A stretch of DNA of 64,000 nt from Eledone cirrhosa (lineage: Eukaryota). Shown here one piece after another: positions 13,301 to 26,000 of this stretch; position 1 is the stretch's first letter, and each line of letters starts with the position of its first letter. Made by a program: the position numbers and the translations under genes. The DNA lies in the NCBI GenBank assembly GCA_964016885.1, contig OZ024741.1, forward strand, positions 249,116,001 to 249,180,000, in the 5' to 3' direction. Below the pieces are notes generated by a model. The model was given only the letters and a program-made list of their open reading frames with translations. It did no database searches and was not told the DNA's origin.

Positions 13301-16300
13301 AAAAAATCAGGGGGAGATAATTTGTAAAAAAAATCAAGGGGAGATAATTTCCAGCCGTCCAAGGGGAGGTAATATCTAGCCATCCAAGGGGAGATAATTT
13401 CCAGCCGTCCAAGGGGAGATAATATCCAGCCGTCCAAGGAGACATATTTTCCAGCCGTCCAAGGAGAGGTAATTTCTAGCCGTCCAAGGGGAGATAAGTT
13501 CCAGCCTCCAAGGGGAGAAAATTTCCAGCCAGCCAAGGGGAGATAATTTGTAAAAAAATCAGGGGGAGATAATTTGTAAAAAAAAATTCAGGGGGAGATA
13601 ATTTGTAAAAAAATCAGGGGGAGATAATTTGTAAAAAAAAAATCAGGGGGAGATAATTTGTAAAAAAAATCAGGGGGAGATAATTTGTAGAAAAAATCAG
13701 GGGTAGATAATTTGTAAAAAAAATCAGGGGGAGATAATTTGTAAAAAAAATCAGGGGGAGATAATTTGTAAAAAAAATCAGGGGTAGATAATTTTCAGCC
13801 GTCCAAGGGGAGATAATTTCCATCCTTCCAAGGGGAGATAATTTCCAGCCGTCCAAGGGGAGATAATTTCCCGCCAGCCAAGGAGAGATAATATTTAAAA
13901 AAATCAGGCGGAGATAATTTGTAAAAAAAATCAGGGGGAGATAATTTGTAAAAAAATCAGGGGGAGATAATTTGTAAAAAAAAATCAGGGGGAGATAATT
14001 TGTAAAAAAAATCAGGGGGAGATAATTTGTAAAAAAAAATCAGGGGTAGATAATTTGTAAAAAAAAATCAGGGGGAGATAATTTGTAAAAAAAAAATCAG
14101 GGGGAGATAATTTGTAAAAAAATCAAGGGGAGATAATTTCCAGCCGTCCAAGGGGAGATAATTTTCAGCCGTCCAAGGAGAGGTAATTTCTAGCCGTCCA
14201 AGGGGAGATAATTTCCAGCCGTCCAAGGGGAGATAATTTTTTTAAAAAAATCAGGCGGAGATAATTTGTAAACAAAAATCAGGGGGAGATAATTTGTAAA
14301 AAAAATCAGGGGGAGATAATTTGTAAAAAAAAAATCAGGGGGTGATAATTTGTAAAAAAATCAAGGGGAGATAATTTCCAGCCGTCCAAGGGGAGATAAT
14401 TTTCAGCCGTCCAAGGAGAGGTAATTTCTAGCCGTCCAAGGGGAGATAATTTCCAGCCAGCCAAGGGGAGATAATTTGTAAAAAAATCAGGGGTAGATAA
14501 TTTGTAAAAAAAATCAGGGGGAGATAATTTGTAAAAAAAATCAGGGGGAGATAATTTGTAAAAAAAATCAGGGGTAGATAATTTCCAGCCGTCCAAGGGG
14601 AGATAATTTCCATCCTTCCAAGGGGAGATAATTTCCAGCCGTCCAAGGGGAGATAATTTCCCGCCAGCCAAGGAGAGATAACATTTAAAAAAATCAGGCG
14701 GAGATAATTTGTAAAAAAAATCAGGGGGAGATAATTTGTAAAAAAATCAGGGGGAGATAATTTGTAAAAAAAAATCAGGGGGAGATAATTTGTAAAAGAA
14801 ATCAGGGGGAGATAATTTGTAAAAAAAATCAGGGGTAGATAATTTGTAAAAAAAATCAGGGGGAGATAATTTGTAAAAAAAATCAGGGGGAGATAATTTG
14901 TAAAAAAAATCAGGGGTAGATAATTTCCAGCCGTCCAAGGGGAGATAATTTCCATCCTTCCAAGGGGAGATAATTTCCAGCCGTCCAAGGGGAGATAATT
15001 TCCCGCCAGCCAAGGAGAGATAACATTTAAAAAAATCAGGCGGAGATAATTTGTGAAAAAAATCAGGGGGAGATAATTTGTAAAAAAATCAGGGGGAGAT
15101 AATTTGTAAAAAAAATCAGGGGTAGATAATTTCCAGCCGTCCAAGGGGAGATAATTTCCATCCTTCCAAGGGGAGATAATTTCCAGCCGTCCAAGGGGAG
15201 ATAATTTCCCGCCAGCCAAGGAGAGATAATATTTAAAAAAATCAGGCGGAGATAATTTGTAAAAAAAATCAGGGGGAGATAATTTGTAAAAAAATCAGGG
15301 GGAGATAATTTGTAAAAAAAAATCAGGGGAGATAATTTGTAAAAAAAATCAGGGGGAGATAATTTGTAAAAAAAAATCAGGGGTAGATAATTTGTAAAAA
15401 AAAATCAGGGGGAGATAATTTGTAAAAAAAAAATCAGGGGGAGATAATTTGTAAAAAAATCAAGGGGAGATAATTTCCAGCCATCCAAGGGGAGATAATT
15501 TTCAGCCGTCCAAGGAGGTAATTTCTAGCCGTCCAAGGGGAGATAATTTCCAGCCGTCCAAGGGGAGATAATTTTTTTAAAAAAATCAGGCGGAGATAAT
15601 TTGTAAACAAAAATCAGGGGGAGATAATTTGTAAAAAAAAATCAGGGGGAGATAATTTGTAAAAAAAAATCAGGGGGAGATAATTTGTAAAAAAAATCAA
15701 GGGGAGATAATTTCCAGCCGTCCAAGGGGAGGTAATATCTAGCCATCCAAGGGGAGATAATTTCCAGCCGTCCAAGGGGAGATAATTTCCAGCCGTCCAA
15801 GGGGAGATAATATCCAGCCGTCCAAGGAGACATATTTTCCAGCCGTCCAAGGAGAGGTAATTTCTAGCCGTCCAAGGGGAGATAAGTTCCAGCCTCCAAG
15901 GGGAGATAATTTCCAGCCAGCCAAGGGGAGATAATTTGTAAAAAAAAAATCAGGGGGAGATAATTTGTAAAAAAATCAGGGGGAGATAATTTGTAAAAAA
16001 AAAATCAGGGGGAGATAATTTGTAAAAAAAATCAGGGGGAGATAATTTGTAGAAAAAATCAGGGGTAGATAATTTGTAAAAAAAATCAGGGGGAGATAAT
16101 TTGTAAAAAAAATCAGGGGGAGATAATTTGTAAAAAAAATCAGGGGTAGATAATTTTCAGCCGTCCAAGGGGAGATAATTTCCATCCTTCCAAGGGGAGA
16201 TAATTTCCAGCCGTCCAAGGGGAGATAATTTCCCGCCAGCCAAGGAGAGATAACATTTTAAAAAATCAGGCGGAGATAATTTGTAAAAAAAATCAGGGGG

Positions 16301-18670
16301 AGATAATTTGTAAAAAAATCAGGGGGAGATAATTTGTAAAAAAAATCAGGGGTAGATAATTTCCAGCCGTCCAAGGGGAGATAATTTCCATCCTTCCAAG
16401 GGGAGATAATTTCCAGCCGTCCAAGGGGAGATAATTTCCCGCCAGCCAAGGAGAGATAATATTTAAAAAAATCAGGCGGAGATAATTTGTAAAAAAAATC
16501 AGGGGGAGATAATTTGTAAAAAAATCAGGGGGAGATAATTTGTAAAAAAAAATCAGGGGGAGATAATTTGTAAAAAAAATCAGGGGGAGATAATTTGTAA
16601 AAAAAATCAGGGGTAGATAATTTGTAAAAAAAAATCAGGGGGAGATAATTTGTAAAAAAAAAATCAGGGGGAGATAATTTGTAAAGAAATCAAGGGGAGA
16701 TAATTTCCAGCCGTCCAAGGGGAGATAATTTTCAGCCGTCCAAGGAGAGGTAATTTCTAGCCGTCCAAGGGGAGATAATTTCCAGCCGTCCAAGGGGAGA
16801 TAATTTTTTTAAAAAAATCAGGCGGAGATAATTTGTAAACAAAAATCAGGGGGAGATAATTTGTAAAAAAAAATCAGGGGGAGATAATTTGTAAAAAAAA
16901 ATCAGGGGGAGATAATTTGTAAAAAAAATCAAGGGGAGATAATTTCCAGCCGTCCAAGGGGAGGTAATATCTAGCCATCCAAGGGGAGATAATTTCCAGC
17001 CGTCCAAGGGGAGATAATTTCCAGCCGTCCAAGGGGAGATAATATCCAGCCGTCCAAGGAGACATATTTTCCAGCCGTCCAAGGAGAGGTAATTTCTAGC
17101 CGTCCAAGGGGAGATAAGTTCCAGCCTCCAAGGGGAGATAATTTCCAGCCAGCCAAGGGGAGATAATTTGTAAAAAAATCAGGGGGAGATAATTTGTAAA
17201 AAAAAAATCAGGGGGAGATAATTTGTAAAAAAATCAGGGGGAGATAATTTGTAAAAAAAAAATCAGGGGGAGATAATTTGTAAAAAAAATCAGGGGGAGA
17301 TAATTTGTAAAAAAAATCAGGGGTAGATAATTTGTAAAAAAAATCAGGGGGAGATAATTTGTAAAAAAAATCAGGGGTAGATAATTTTCAGCCGTCCAAG
17401 GGGAGATAATTTCCATCCTTCCAAGGGGAGATAATTTCCAGCCGTCCAAGGAGAGATAATTTCCCGCCAGCCAAGGAGAGATAACATTTAAAAAAATCAG
17501 GCGGAGATAATTTGTAAAAAAAATCAGGGGGAGATAATTTGTAAAAAAATCAGGGGGAGATAATTTGTAAAAAAAATCAGGGGTAGATAATTTCCAGCCG
17601 TCCAAGGGGAGATAATTTCCATCCTTCCAAGGGGAGATAATTTCCAGCCGTCCAAGGGGAGATAATTTCCCGCCAGCCAAGGAGAGATAATATTTAAAAA
17701 AATCAGGCGGAGATAATTTGTAAAAAAAATCAGGGGGAGATAATTTGTAAAAAAATCAGGGGGAGATAATTTGTAAAAAAAGATCAGGGGGAGATAATTT
17801 GTAAAAAAAAATCAGGGGTAGATAATTTGTAAAAAAAAATCAGGGGGAGATAATTTGTAAAAAAAAAATCAGGGGGAGATAATTTGTAAAAAAATCAAGG
17901 GGAGATAATTTCCAGCCGTCCAAGGGGAGATAATTTTCAGCCGTCCAAGGAGAGGTAATTTCTAGCCGTCCAAGGGGAGATAATTTCCAGCCGTCCAAGG
18001 GGAGATAATTTTTTTAAAAAAATCAGGCGGAGATTTGTAAACAAAAATCAGGGGGAGATAATTTGTAAAAAAAAATCAGGGGGAGATAATTTGTAAAAAA
18101 AAATCAGGGGGAGATAATTTGTAAAAAAAATCAAGGGGAGATAATTTCCAGCCGTCCAAGGGGAGGTAATATCTAGCCATCCAAGGGGAGATAATTTCCA
18201 GCCGTCCAAGGGGAGATAATTTCCAGCCGTCCAAGGGGAGATAATATCCAGCCGTCCAAGGAGACATATTTTCCAGCCGTCCAACGAGACGTAATTTCTA
18301 GCCGTCCAAGGGGAGATAAGTTCCAGCCTCCAAGGGGAGATAATTTCCAGCCAGCCAAGGGGAGATAATTTGTAAAAAAATTAGGGGGAGATAATTTGTA
18401 AAAAAAAATTAGGGGGAGATAATTTGTAAAAAAAAATCAGGGGGAGATAATTTGTAAAAAAAAATCAGGGGGAGATAATTTGTAAAAAAAAACAAGGGGA
18501 GATTATTTCCAGCCGTCCAAGGGGAGATAATTTTCAGCCGTCCAAGGAGAGGTAAATTCTAGCCGTCCAAGGAGATATAATTTCCAGCCGTCCAAGGGGA
18601 GATAATTTCCAGCCGTCCAAGGGGAGATAATTTAAAAAAAAAAATCAGGCGGAGATAATTTGTAAACAAA
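7240..18670. repeat. Tandem duplication of ~5.6-5.8 kb
   Basis: ORF offsets are 5834 (7417/13251), then 5628 (8678/14306 through 11606/17234), then 5601 (12447/18048). The steps equal loss of one 206-bp module and one 27-bp monomer. Confidence 0.9.
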
Positions 18671-19809
18671 AATCAGGGGGAGATAATTTTAAAAAAAAAA
18701 TCAGGGGGAGATAATTTGTAAAAAAAAATCAGGGGGAGATAATTTGTAAAAAAAATCAAGGGGAGATAATTTCCAGCCGTCCAAGGGGAGGTAATATCTA
18801 GCCATCCAAGTGGAGATAATTTCCAGCCGTCCAAGGGGAGATAATTTCCAGCCGTCCAAGGGGAGATAATATCCAGCCGTCCAAGGAGACATATTTTCCA
18901 GCCGTCCAAGGAGAGATAATTTCTAGCCGTCCAAGGGGAGATAAGTTCCAGCCTCCAAGGGGAGATAATTTCCAGCCAGCCAAGGGGAGATAATTTGTAA
19001 AAAAATCAGGGGGGAGATAATTTGTAAAAAAAATCAGGGGGAGATAATTTGAAAAAAAAATCAGGGGGAGATAATTTGTAAAAAATATCAAGGGGAGATA
19101 ATTTCCAGCCCTCCAAGGGGCTATAATTTCCAGCCGTGCAAGGGGAGATAATTTCCAGCCGTCCAAGGGGAGATAATTTCCCGCCAGCCAAGGAGAGATA
19201 ACATTTAAAAAAATCAGGCGGAGATAATTTGTAAAAAAAATCAGGGGGAGATAATTTGTAAAAAAATCAGGGGGAGATAATTTGTAAAAAAAAAATCAGG
19301 GGGAGATAATTTGTAAAAAAAATCAGGGGGAGATAATTTGTAAAAAAAATCAGGGGTAGATAATTTGTAAAAAAAATCAGGGGGAGATAATTTGTAAAAA
19401 AAATCAGGGGGAGATAATCTGTAAAAAAAATCAGGGGTAGATAATTTCCAGCCGTCCAAGGGGAGATAATTTCCATCCTTCCAAGGGGAGATAATTTCCA
19501 GCCGTCCAAGGGGAGATAATTTCCCGCCAGCCAAGGAGAGATAACATTTAAAAAAATCAGGCGGAGATAATTTGTGAAAAAAATCAGGGGGAGATAATTT
19601 GTAAAAAAATCAGGGGGAGATAATTTGTAAAAAAAATCAGGGGTAGATAATTTCCAGCCGTCCAAGGGGAGATAATTTCCATCCTTCCAAGGGGAGATAA
19701 TTTCCAGCCGTCCAAGGGGAGATAATTTCCCGCCAGCCAAGGAGAGATAATATTTAAAAAAATCAGGCGGAGATAATTTGTAAAAAAAATCAGGGGGAGA
19801 TAATTTGTA

Positions 19810-21170
19810 AAAAAATCAGGGGGAGATAATTTGTAAAAAAAAATCAGGGGAGATAATTTATAAAAAAAATCAGGGGGAGATAATTTGTAAAAAAAAATCA
19901 GGGGTAGATAATTTGTAAAAAAAAATCAGGGGGAGATAATTTGTAAAAAAAAAATCAGGGGGAGATAATTTGTAAAAAAATCAAGGGGAGATAATTTCCA
20001 GCCGTCCAAGGGGAGATAATTTTCAGCCGTCCAAGGAGGTAATTTCTAGCCGTCCAAGGGGAGATAATTTCCAGCCGTCCAAGGGGAGATAATTTTTTTA
20101 AAAAAATCAGGCGGAGATAATTTGTAAACAAAAATCAGGGGGAGATAATTTGTAAAAAAAAATCAGGGGGAGATAATTTGTAAAAAAAATCAAGGGGAGA
20201 TAATTTCCAGCCGTCCAAGGGGAGGTAATATCTAGCCATCCAAGGGGAGATAATTTCCAGCCGTCCAAGGGGAGATAATTTCCAGCCGTCCAAGGGGAGA
20301 TAATATCCAGCCGTCCAAGGAGACATATTTTCCAGCCGTCCAAGGAGAGGTAATTTCTAGCCGTCCAAGAGGAGATAAGTTCCAGCCTCCAAGGGGAGAT
20401 AATTTCCAGCCAGCCAAGGGGAGATAATTTGTAAAAAAATCAGGGGGAGATAATTTGTAAAAAAAAAATCAGGGGGAGATAATTTGTAAAAAAATCAGGG
20501 GGAGATAATTTGTAAAAAAAAATCAGGGGAGATAATTTATAAAAAAAATCAGGGGGAGATAATTTGTAAAAAAAAATCAGGGGTAGATAATTTGTAAAAA
20601 AAAATCAGGGGGAGATAATTTGTAAAAAAAAAATCAGGGGGAGATAATTTGTAAAAAAATCAAGGGGAGATAATTTCCAGCCGTCCAAGGGGAGATAATT
20701 TTCAGCCGTCCAAGGAGGTAATTTCTAGCCGTCCAAGGGGAGATAATTTCCAGCCGTCCAAGGGGAGATAATTTTTTTAAAAAAATCAGGCGGAGATAAT
20801 TTGTAAACAAAAATCAGGGGGAGATAATTTGTAAAAAAAAATCAGGGGGAGATAATTTGTAAAAAAAATCAAGGGGAGATAATTTCCAGCCGTCCAAGGG
20901 GAGGTAATATCTAGCCATCCAAGGGGAGATAATTTCCAGCCGTCCAAGGGGAGATAATTTCCAGCCGTCCAAGGGGAGATAATATCCAGCCGTCCAAGGA
21001 GACATATTTTCCAGCCGTCCAAGGAGAGGTAATTTCTAGCCGTCCAAGGGGAGATAAGTTCCAGCCTCCAAGGGGAGATAATTTCCAGCCAGCCAAGGGG
21101 AGATAATTTGTAAAAAAATCAGGGGGAGATAATTTGTAAAAAAAAAATCAGGGGGAGATAATTTGTAAAA
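19810..21170. repeat. Local 679-bp tandem duplication (truncated HOR lacking the beta modules)
   Basis: ORFs at 20107/20786; private AATTTATAAA at ~19855 and ~20534. Confidence 0.85.
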
Positions 21171-22276
21171 AAATCAGGGGGAGATAATTTGTAAAAAAAA
21201 AATCAGGGGGAGATAATTTGTAAAAAAAATCAGGGGGAGATAATTTGTAAAAAAAATCAGGGGTAGATAATTTGTAAAAAAAATCAGGGGGAGATAATTT
21301 GTAAAAAAAATCAGGGGGAGATAATTTGTAAAAAAAATCAGGGGTAGATAATTTTCAGCCGTCCAAGGGGAGATAATTTCCATCCTTCCAAGGGGAGATA
21401 ATTTCCAGCCGTCCAAGGAGAGATAATTTCCCGGCAGCCAAGGAGAGATAACATTTAAAAAAATCAGGCGGAGATAATTTGTAAAAAAAATCAGGGGAAG
21501 ATAATTTGTAAAAAAATCAGGGGGAGATAATTTGTAAAAAAAAATCAGGGGGAGATAATTTGTAAAAAAAATCAGGGGGAGATAATTTGTAAAAAAAAAT
21601 CAGGGGTAGATAATTTGTAAAAAAAAATCAGGGGGAGATAATTTGTAAAAAAAAAATCAGGGGGAGATAATTTGTAAAAAAATCAAGGGGAGATAATTTC
21701 CAGCCGTCCAAGGGGAGATAATTTTCAGCCGTCCAAGGAGAGGTAATTTCTAGCCGTCCAAGGGGAGATAATTTCCAGCCGTCCAAGGGAAGATAATATT
21801 TAAAAAAATCAGGCGGAGATAATTTGTAAAAAAAATCAGGGGGAGATAATTTGTAAAAAAAATCAGGGGGAGATAATTTGTAAAAAAAATCAGGGGGAGA
21901 TAATTTGTAAAAAAATCAAGGGGAGATAATTTCCAGCCGTCCAAGGGGAGGTAATATCTAGCCATCCAAGGGGAGATAATTTCCAGCCGTCCAAGGGGAG
22001 ATAATTTCCAGCCGTCCGAGGGGAGATAATATCCAGCCGTCCAAGGAGACATATTTTCCAGCCGTCCAAGGAGACGTAATTTCTAGCCGTCCAAGGGGAG
22101 ATAAGTTCCAGCCTCCAAGGGGAGATAATTTCCAGCCAGCCAAGGGGAGATAATTTGTAAAAAAATTAGGGGGAGATAATTTGTAAAAAAAAATTAGGGG
22201 GAGATAATTTGTAAAAAAAAATCAGGGGGAGATAATTTTTTAAAAAAAATCAGGGGGAGATAATTTGTAAAAAAAA

Positions 22277-22440
22277 ACAAGGGGAGATTATTTCCAGCCG
22301 TCCAAGGGGAGATAATTTTCAGCCGTCCAAGGAGAGGTAAATTCTAGCCGTCCAAGGAGATATAATTTCCAGCCGTCCAAGGGGAGATAATTTCCAGCCG
22401 TCCAAGGGGAGATAATTTTTAAAAAAAAATCAGGCGGAGA
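22277..22440 (+). repeat. Representative alternative B5 cassette (ACAAGG...GATTATTT, GGTAAATTCTAG, GGAGATATAA)
   Basis: Follows an A block that begins with two TTAGGGGG variant units. Copies near 2757 (less derived), 12891, 18492, 22277, 25729, 31359, 36473, 41463 and 48653; truncated copies at 40240 and 44912. Confidence 0.88.
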
Positions 22441-22869
22441 TAATTTGTAAACAAAAATCAGGGGGAGATAATTTTTAAAAAAAAATCAGGGGGAGATAAT
22501 TTGTAAAAAAAAATCAGGGGGAGATAATTTGTAAAAAAAATCAAGGGGAGATAATTTCCAGCCGTCCAAGGGGAGGTAATATCTAGCCATCCAAGGGGAG
22601 ATAATTTCCAGCCGTCCAAGGGGAGATAATTTCCAGCCGTCCAAGGGGAGATAATATCCAGCCGTCCAAGGAGACATATTTTCCAGCCGTCCAAGGAGAG
22701 GTAATTTCTAGCCGTCCAAGGGGAGATAAGTTCCAGCCTCCAAGGGGAGATAATTTCCAGCCAGCCAAGGGGAGATAATTTGTAAAAAAATCAGGGGGGA
22801 GATAATTTGTAAAAAAAATCAGGGGGAGATAATTTGAAAAAAAAATCAGGGGGAGATAATTTGTAAAAA

Positions 22870-23070
22870 ATATCAAGGGGAGATAATTTCCAGCCCTCCA
22901 AGGGGCTATAATTTCCAGCCGTGCAAGGGGAGATAATTTCCAGCCGTCCAAGGGGAGATAATTTCCATCCTTCCAAGGGGAGATAATTTCCAGCCGTCCA
23001 AGGGGAGATAATTTCCCGCCAGCCAAGGGAAGATAATTTTTTAAAAAATCAGGCGGAGATTGTAAAAAAA
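22870..23070 (+). repeat. Representative alternative B6 cassette (TATCAAGG, CCAGCCCT, GGGGCTATAA, CCGTGCAAGG) with deleted exit unit GGCGGAGATTGT
   Basis: Full copies near 3327, 5473, 22872, 37068, 42058, 55838 and 61077. Four-unit forms near 19087, 31953, 49248 and 51913. Confidence 0.88.
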
Positions 23071-26000
23071 ATCAGGGGGAGATAATTTGTAAAAAAATCA
23101 GGGGGAGATAATTTGTAAAAAAATCAGGGGGAGATAATTTGTAAAAAAAAAAATCGGGGGAGATAATTTGTAAAAAAAAATCAGGGGGAGATAATTTGTA
23201 AAAAAAATCAGGGGGAGATAATTTGTAAAAAAAATCAGGGGGAGATAATTTGTAAAAAAAATCAGGGGGAGATAATTTGTAAAAAAAATCAGGGGGAGAT
23301 AATTTGTAAAAAAAATCAGGGGTAGATAATTTTCAGCCGTCCAAGGGGAGATAATTTCCATCCTTCCAAGGGGAGATAATTTCCAGCCGTCCAAGGGGAG
23401 ATAATTTCCCGCCAGCCAAGGAGAGATAACATTTAAAAAAATCAGGCGGAGATAATTTGTAAAAAAATCAGGGGGAGATAATTTGTAAAAAAAATCAGGG
23501 GTAGATAATTTCCAGCCGTCCAAGGGGAGATAATTTCCATCCTTCCAAGGGGAGATAATTTCCAGCCGTCCAAGGGGAGATAATTTCCCGCCAGCCAAGG
23601 AGAGATAATATTTTAAAAAATCAGGCGGAGATAATTTGTAAAAAAAATCAGGGGGAGATAATTTGTAAAAAAATCAGGGGGAGATAATTTGTAAAAAAAA
23701 ATCAGGGGGAGATAATTTGTAAAAAAAAATCAGGGGGAGATAATTTGTAAAAAAAAATCAGGGGTAGATAATTTGTAAAAAAAAATCAGGGGGAGATAAT
23801 TTGTAAAAAAAAAATCAGGGGGAGATAATTTGTAAAAAAATCAAGGGGAGATAATTTCCAGCCGTCCAAGGGGAGATAATTTTCAGCCGTCCAAGGAGAG
23901 GTAATTTCTAGCCGTCCAAGGGGAGATAATTTCCAGCCGTCCAAGGGGAGATAATTTTTTTAAAAAAATCAGGCGGAGATAATTTGTAAACAAAAATCAG
24001 GGGGAGATAATTTGTAAAAAAAAATCAGGGGGAGATAATTTGTAAAAAAAAATCAGGGGGAGATAATTTGTAAAAAAAATCAAGGGGAGATAATTTGTAA
24101 AAAAAAATCAGGGGTAGATAATTTGTAAAAAAAAATCAGGGGGAGATAATTTGTAAAAAAAAAAATCAGGGGGAGATAATTTGTAAAAAAATCAAGGGGA
24201 GATAATTTCCAGCCGTCCAAGGGGAGATAATTTTCAGCCGTCCAAGGAGAGGTAATTTCTAGCCGTCCAAGGGGAGATAATTTCCAGCCGTCCAAGGGGA
24301 GATAATTTTTTTAAAAAAATCAGGCGGAGATAATTTGTAAACAAAAATCAGGGGGAGATAATTTGTAAAAAAAAATCAGGGGGAGATAATTTGTAAAAAA
24401 AAATCAGGGGGAGATAATTTGTAAAAAAAATCAAGGGGAGATAATTTCCAGCCGTCCAAGGGGAGGTAATATCTAGCCATCCAAGGGGAGATAATTTCCA
24501 GCCGTCCAAGGGGAGATAATTTCCAGCCGTCCAAGGGGAGATAATATCCAGCCGTCCAAGGAGACATATTTTCCAGCCGTCCAAGGAGAGGTAATTTCTA
24601 GACGTCCAAGGGGAGATAAGTTCCAGCCTCCAAGGGGAGATAATTTCCAGCCAGCCAAGGGGAGATAATTTGTAAAAAAATCAGGGGGAGATAATTTGTA
24701 AAAAAAAAATCAGGGGGAGATAATTTGTAAAAAAATCAGGGGGAGATAATTTGTAAAAAAAAAATCAGGGGGAGATAATTTGTAAAAAAAATCAGGGGGA
24801 GATAATTTGTAAAAAAAATCAGGGGTAGATAATTTGTAAAAAAAATCAGGGGGAGATAATTTGTAAAAAAAATCAGGGGGAGATAATTTGTAAAAAAAAT
24901 CAGGGGTAGATAATTTTCAGCCGTCCAAGGGGAGATAATTTCCATCCTTCCAAGGGGAGATAATTTCCAGCCGTCCAAGGAGAGATAATTTCCCGGCAGC
25001 CAAGGAGAGATAACATTTAAAAAAATCAGGCGGAGATAATTTGTAAAAAAAATCAGGGGGAGATAATTTGTAAAAAAATCAGGGGGAGATAATTTGTAAA
25101 AAAAATCAGGGGTAGATAATTTCCAGCCGTCCAAGGGGAGATAATTTCCATCCTTCCAAGGGGAGGTAATTTCCAGCCGTCCAAGGGGAGATAATTTCCC
25201 GCCAGCCAAGGAGAGATAATATTTTAAAAAATCAGGCGGAGATAATTTGTAAAAAAAATCAGGGGGAGATAATTTGTAAAAAAATCAGGGGGAGATAATT
25301 TGTAAAAAAAAATCAGGGGGAGATAATTTGTAAAAAAAAATCAGGGGGAGATAATTTGTAAAAAAAATCAAGGGGAGATAATTTCCAGCCGTCCAAGGGG
25401 AGGTAATATCTAGCCATCCAAGGGGAGATAATTTCCAGCCGTCCAAGGGGAGATAATTTCCAGCCGTCCAAGGGGAGATAATATCCAGCCGTCCAAGGAG
25501 ACATATTTTCCAGCCGTCCAACGAGACGTAATTTCTAGCCGTCCAAGGGGAGATAAGTTCCAGCCTCCAAGGGGAGATAATTTCCAGCCAGCCAAGGGGA
25601 GATAATTTGTAAAAAAATTAGGGGGAGATAATTTGTAAAAAAAAATTAGGGGGAGATAATTTGTAAAAAAAAATCAGGGGGAGATAATTTGTAAAAAAAA
25701 ATCAGGGGGAGATAATTTGTAAAAAAAAACAAGGGGAGATTATTTCCAGCCGTCCAAGGGGAGATAATTTTCAGCCGTCCAAGGAGAGGTAAATTCTAGC
25801 CGTCCAAGGAGATATAATTTCCAGCCGTCCAAGGGGAGATAATTTCCAGCCGTCCAAGGGGAGATAATTTTTAAAAAAAAATCAGGCGGAGATAATTTGT
25901 AAACAAAAATCAGGGGGAGATAATTTGTAAAAAAATCAAGGGGAGATAATTTCCAGCCGTCCAAGGGGAGATAATTTTCAGCCGTCCAAGGAGGTAATTT

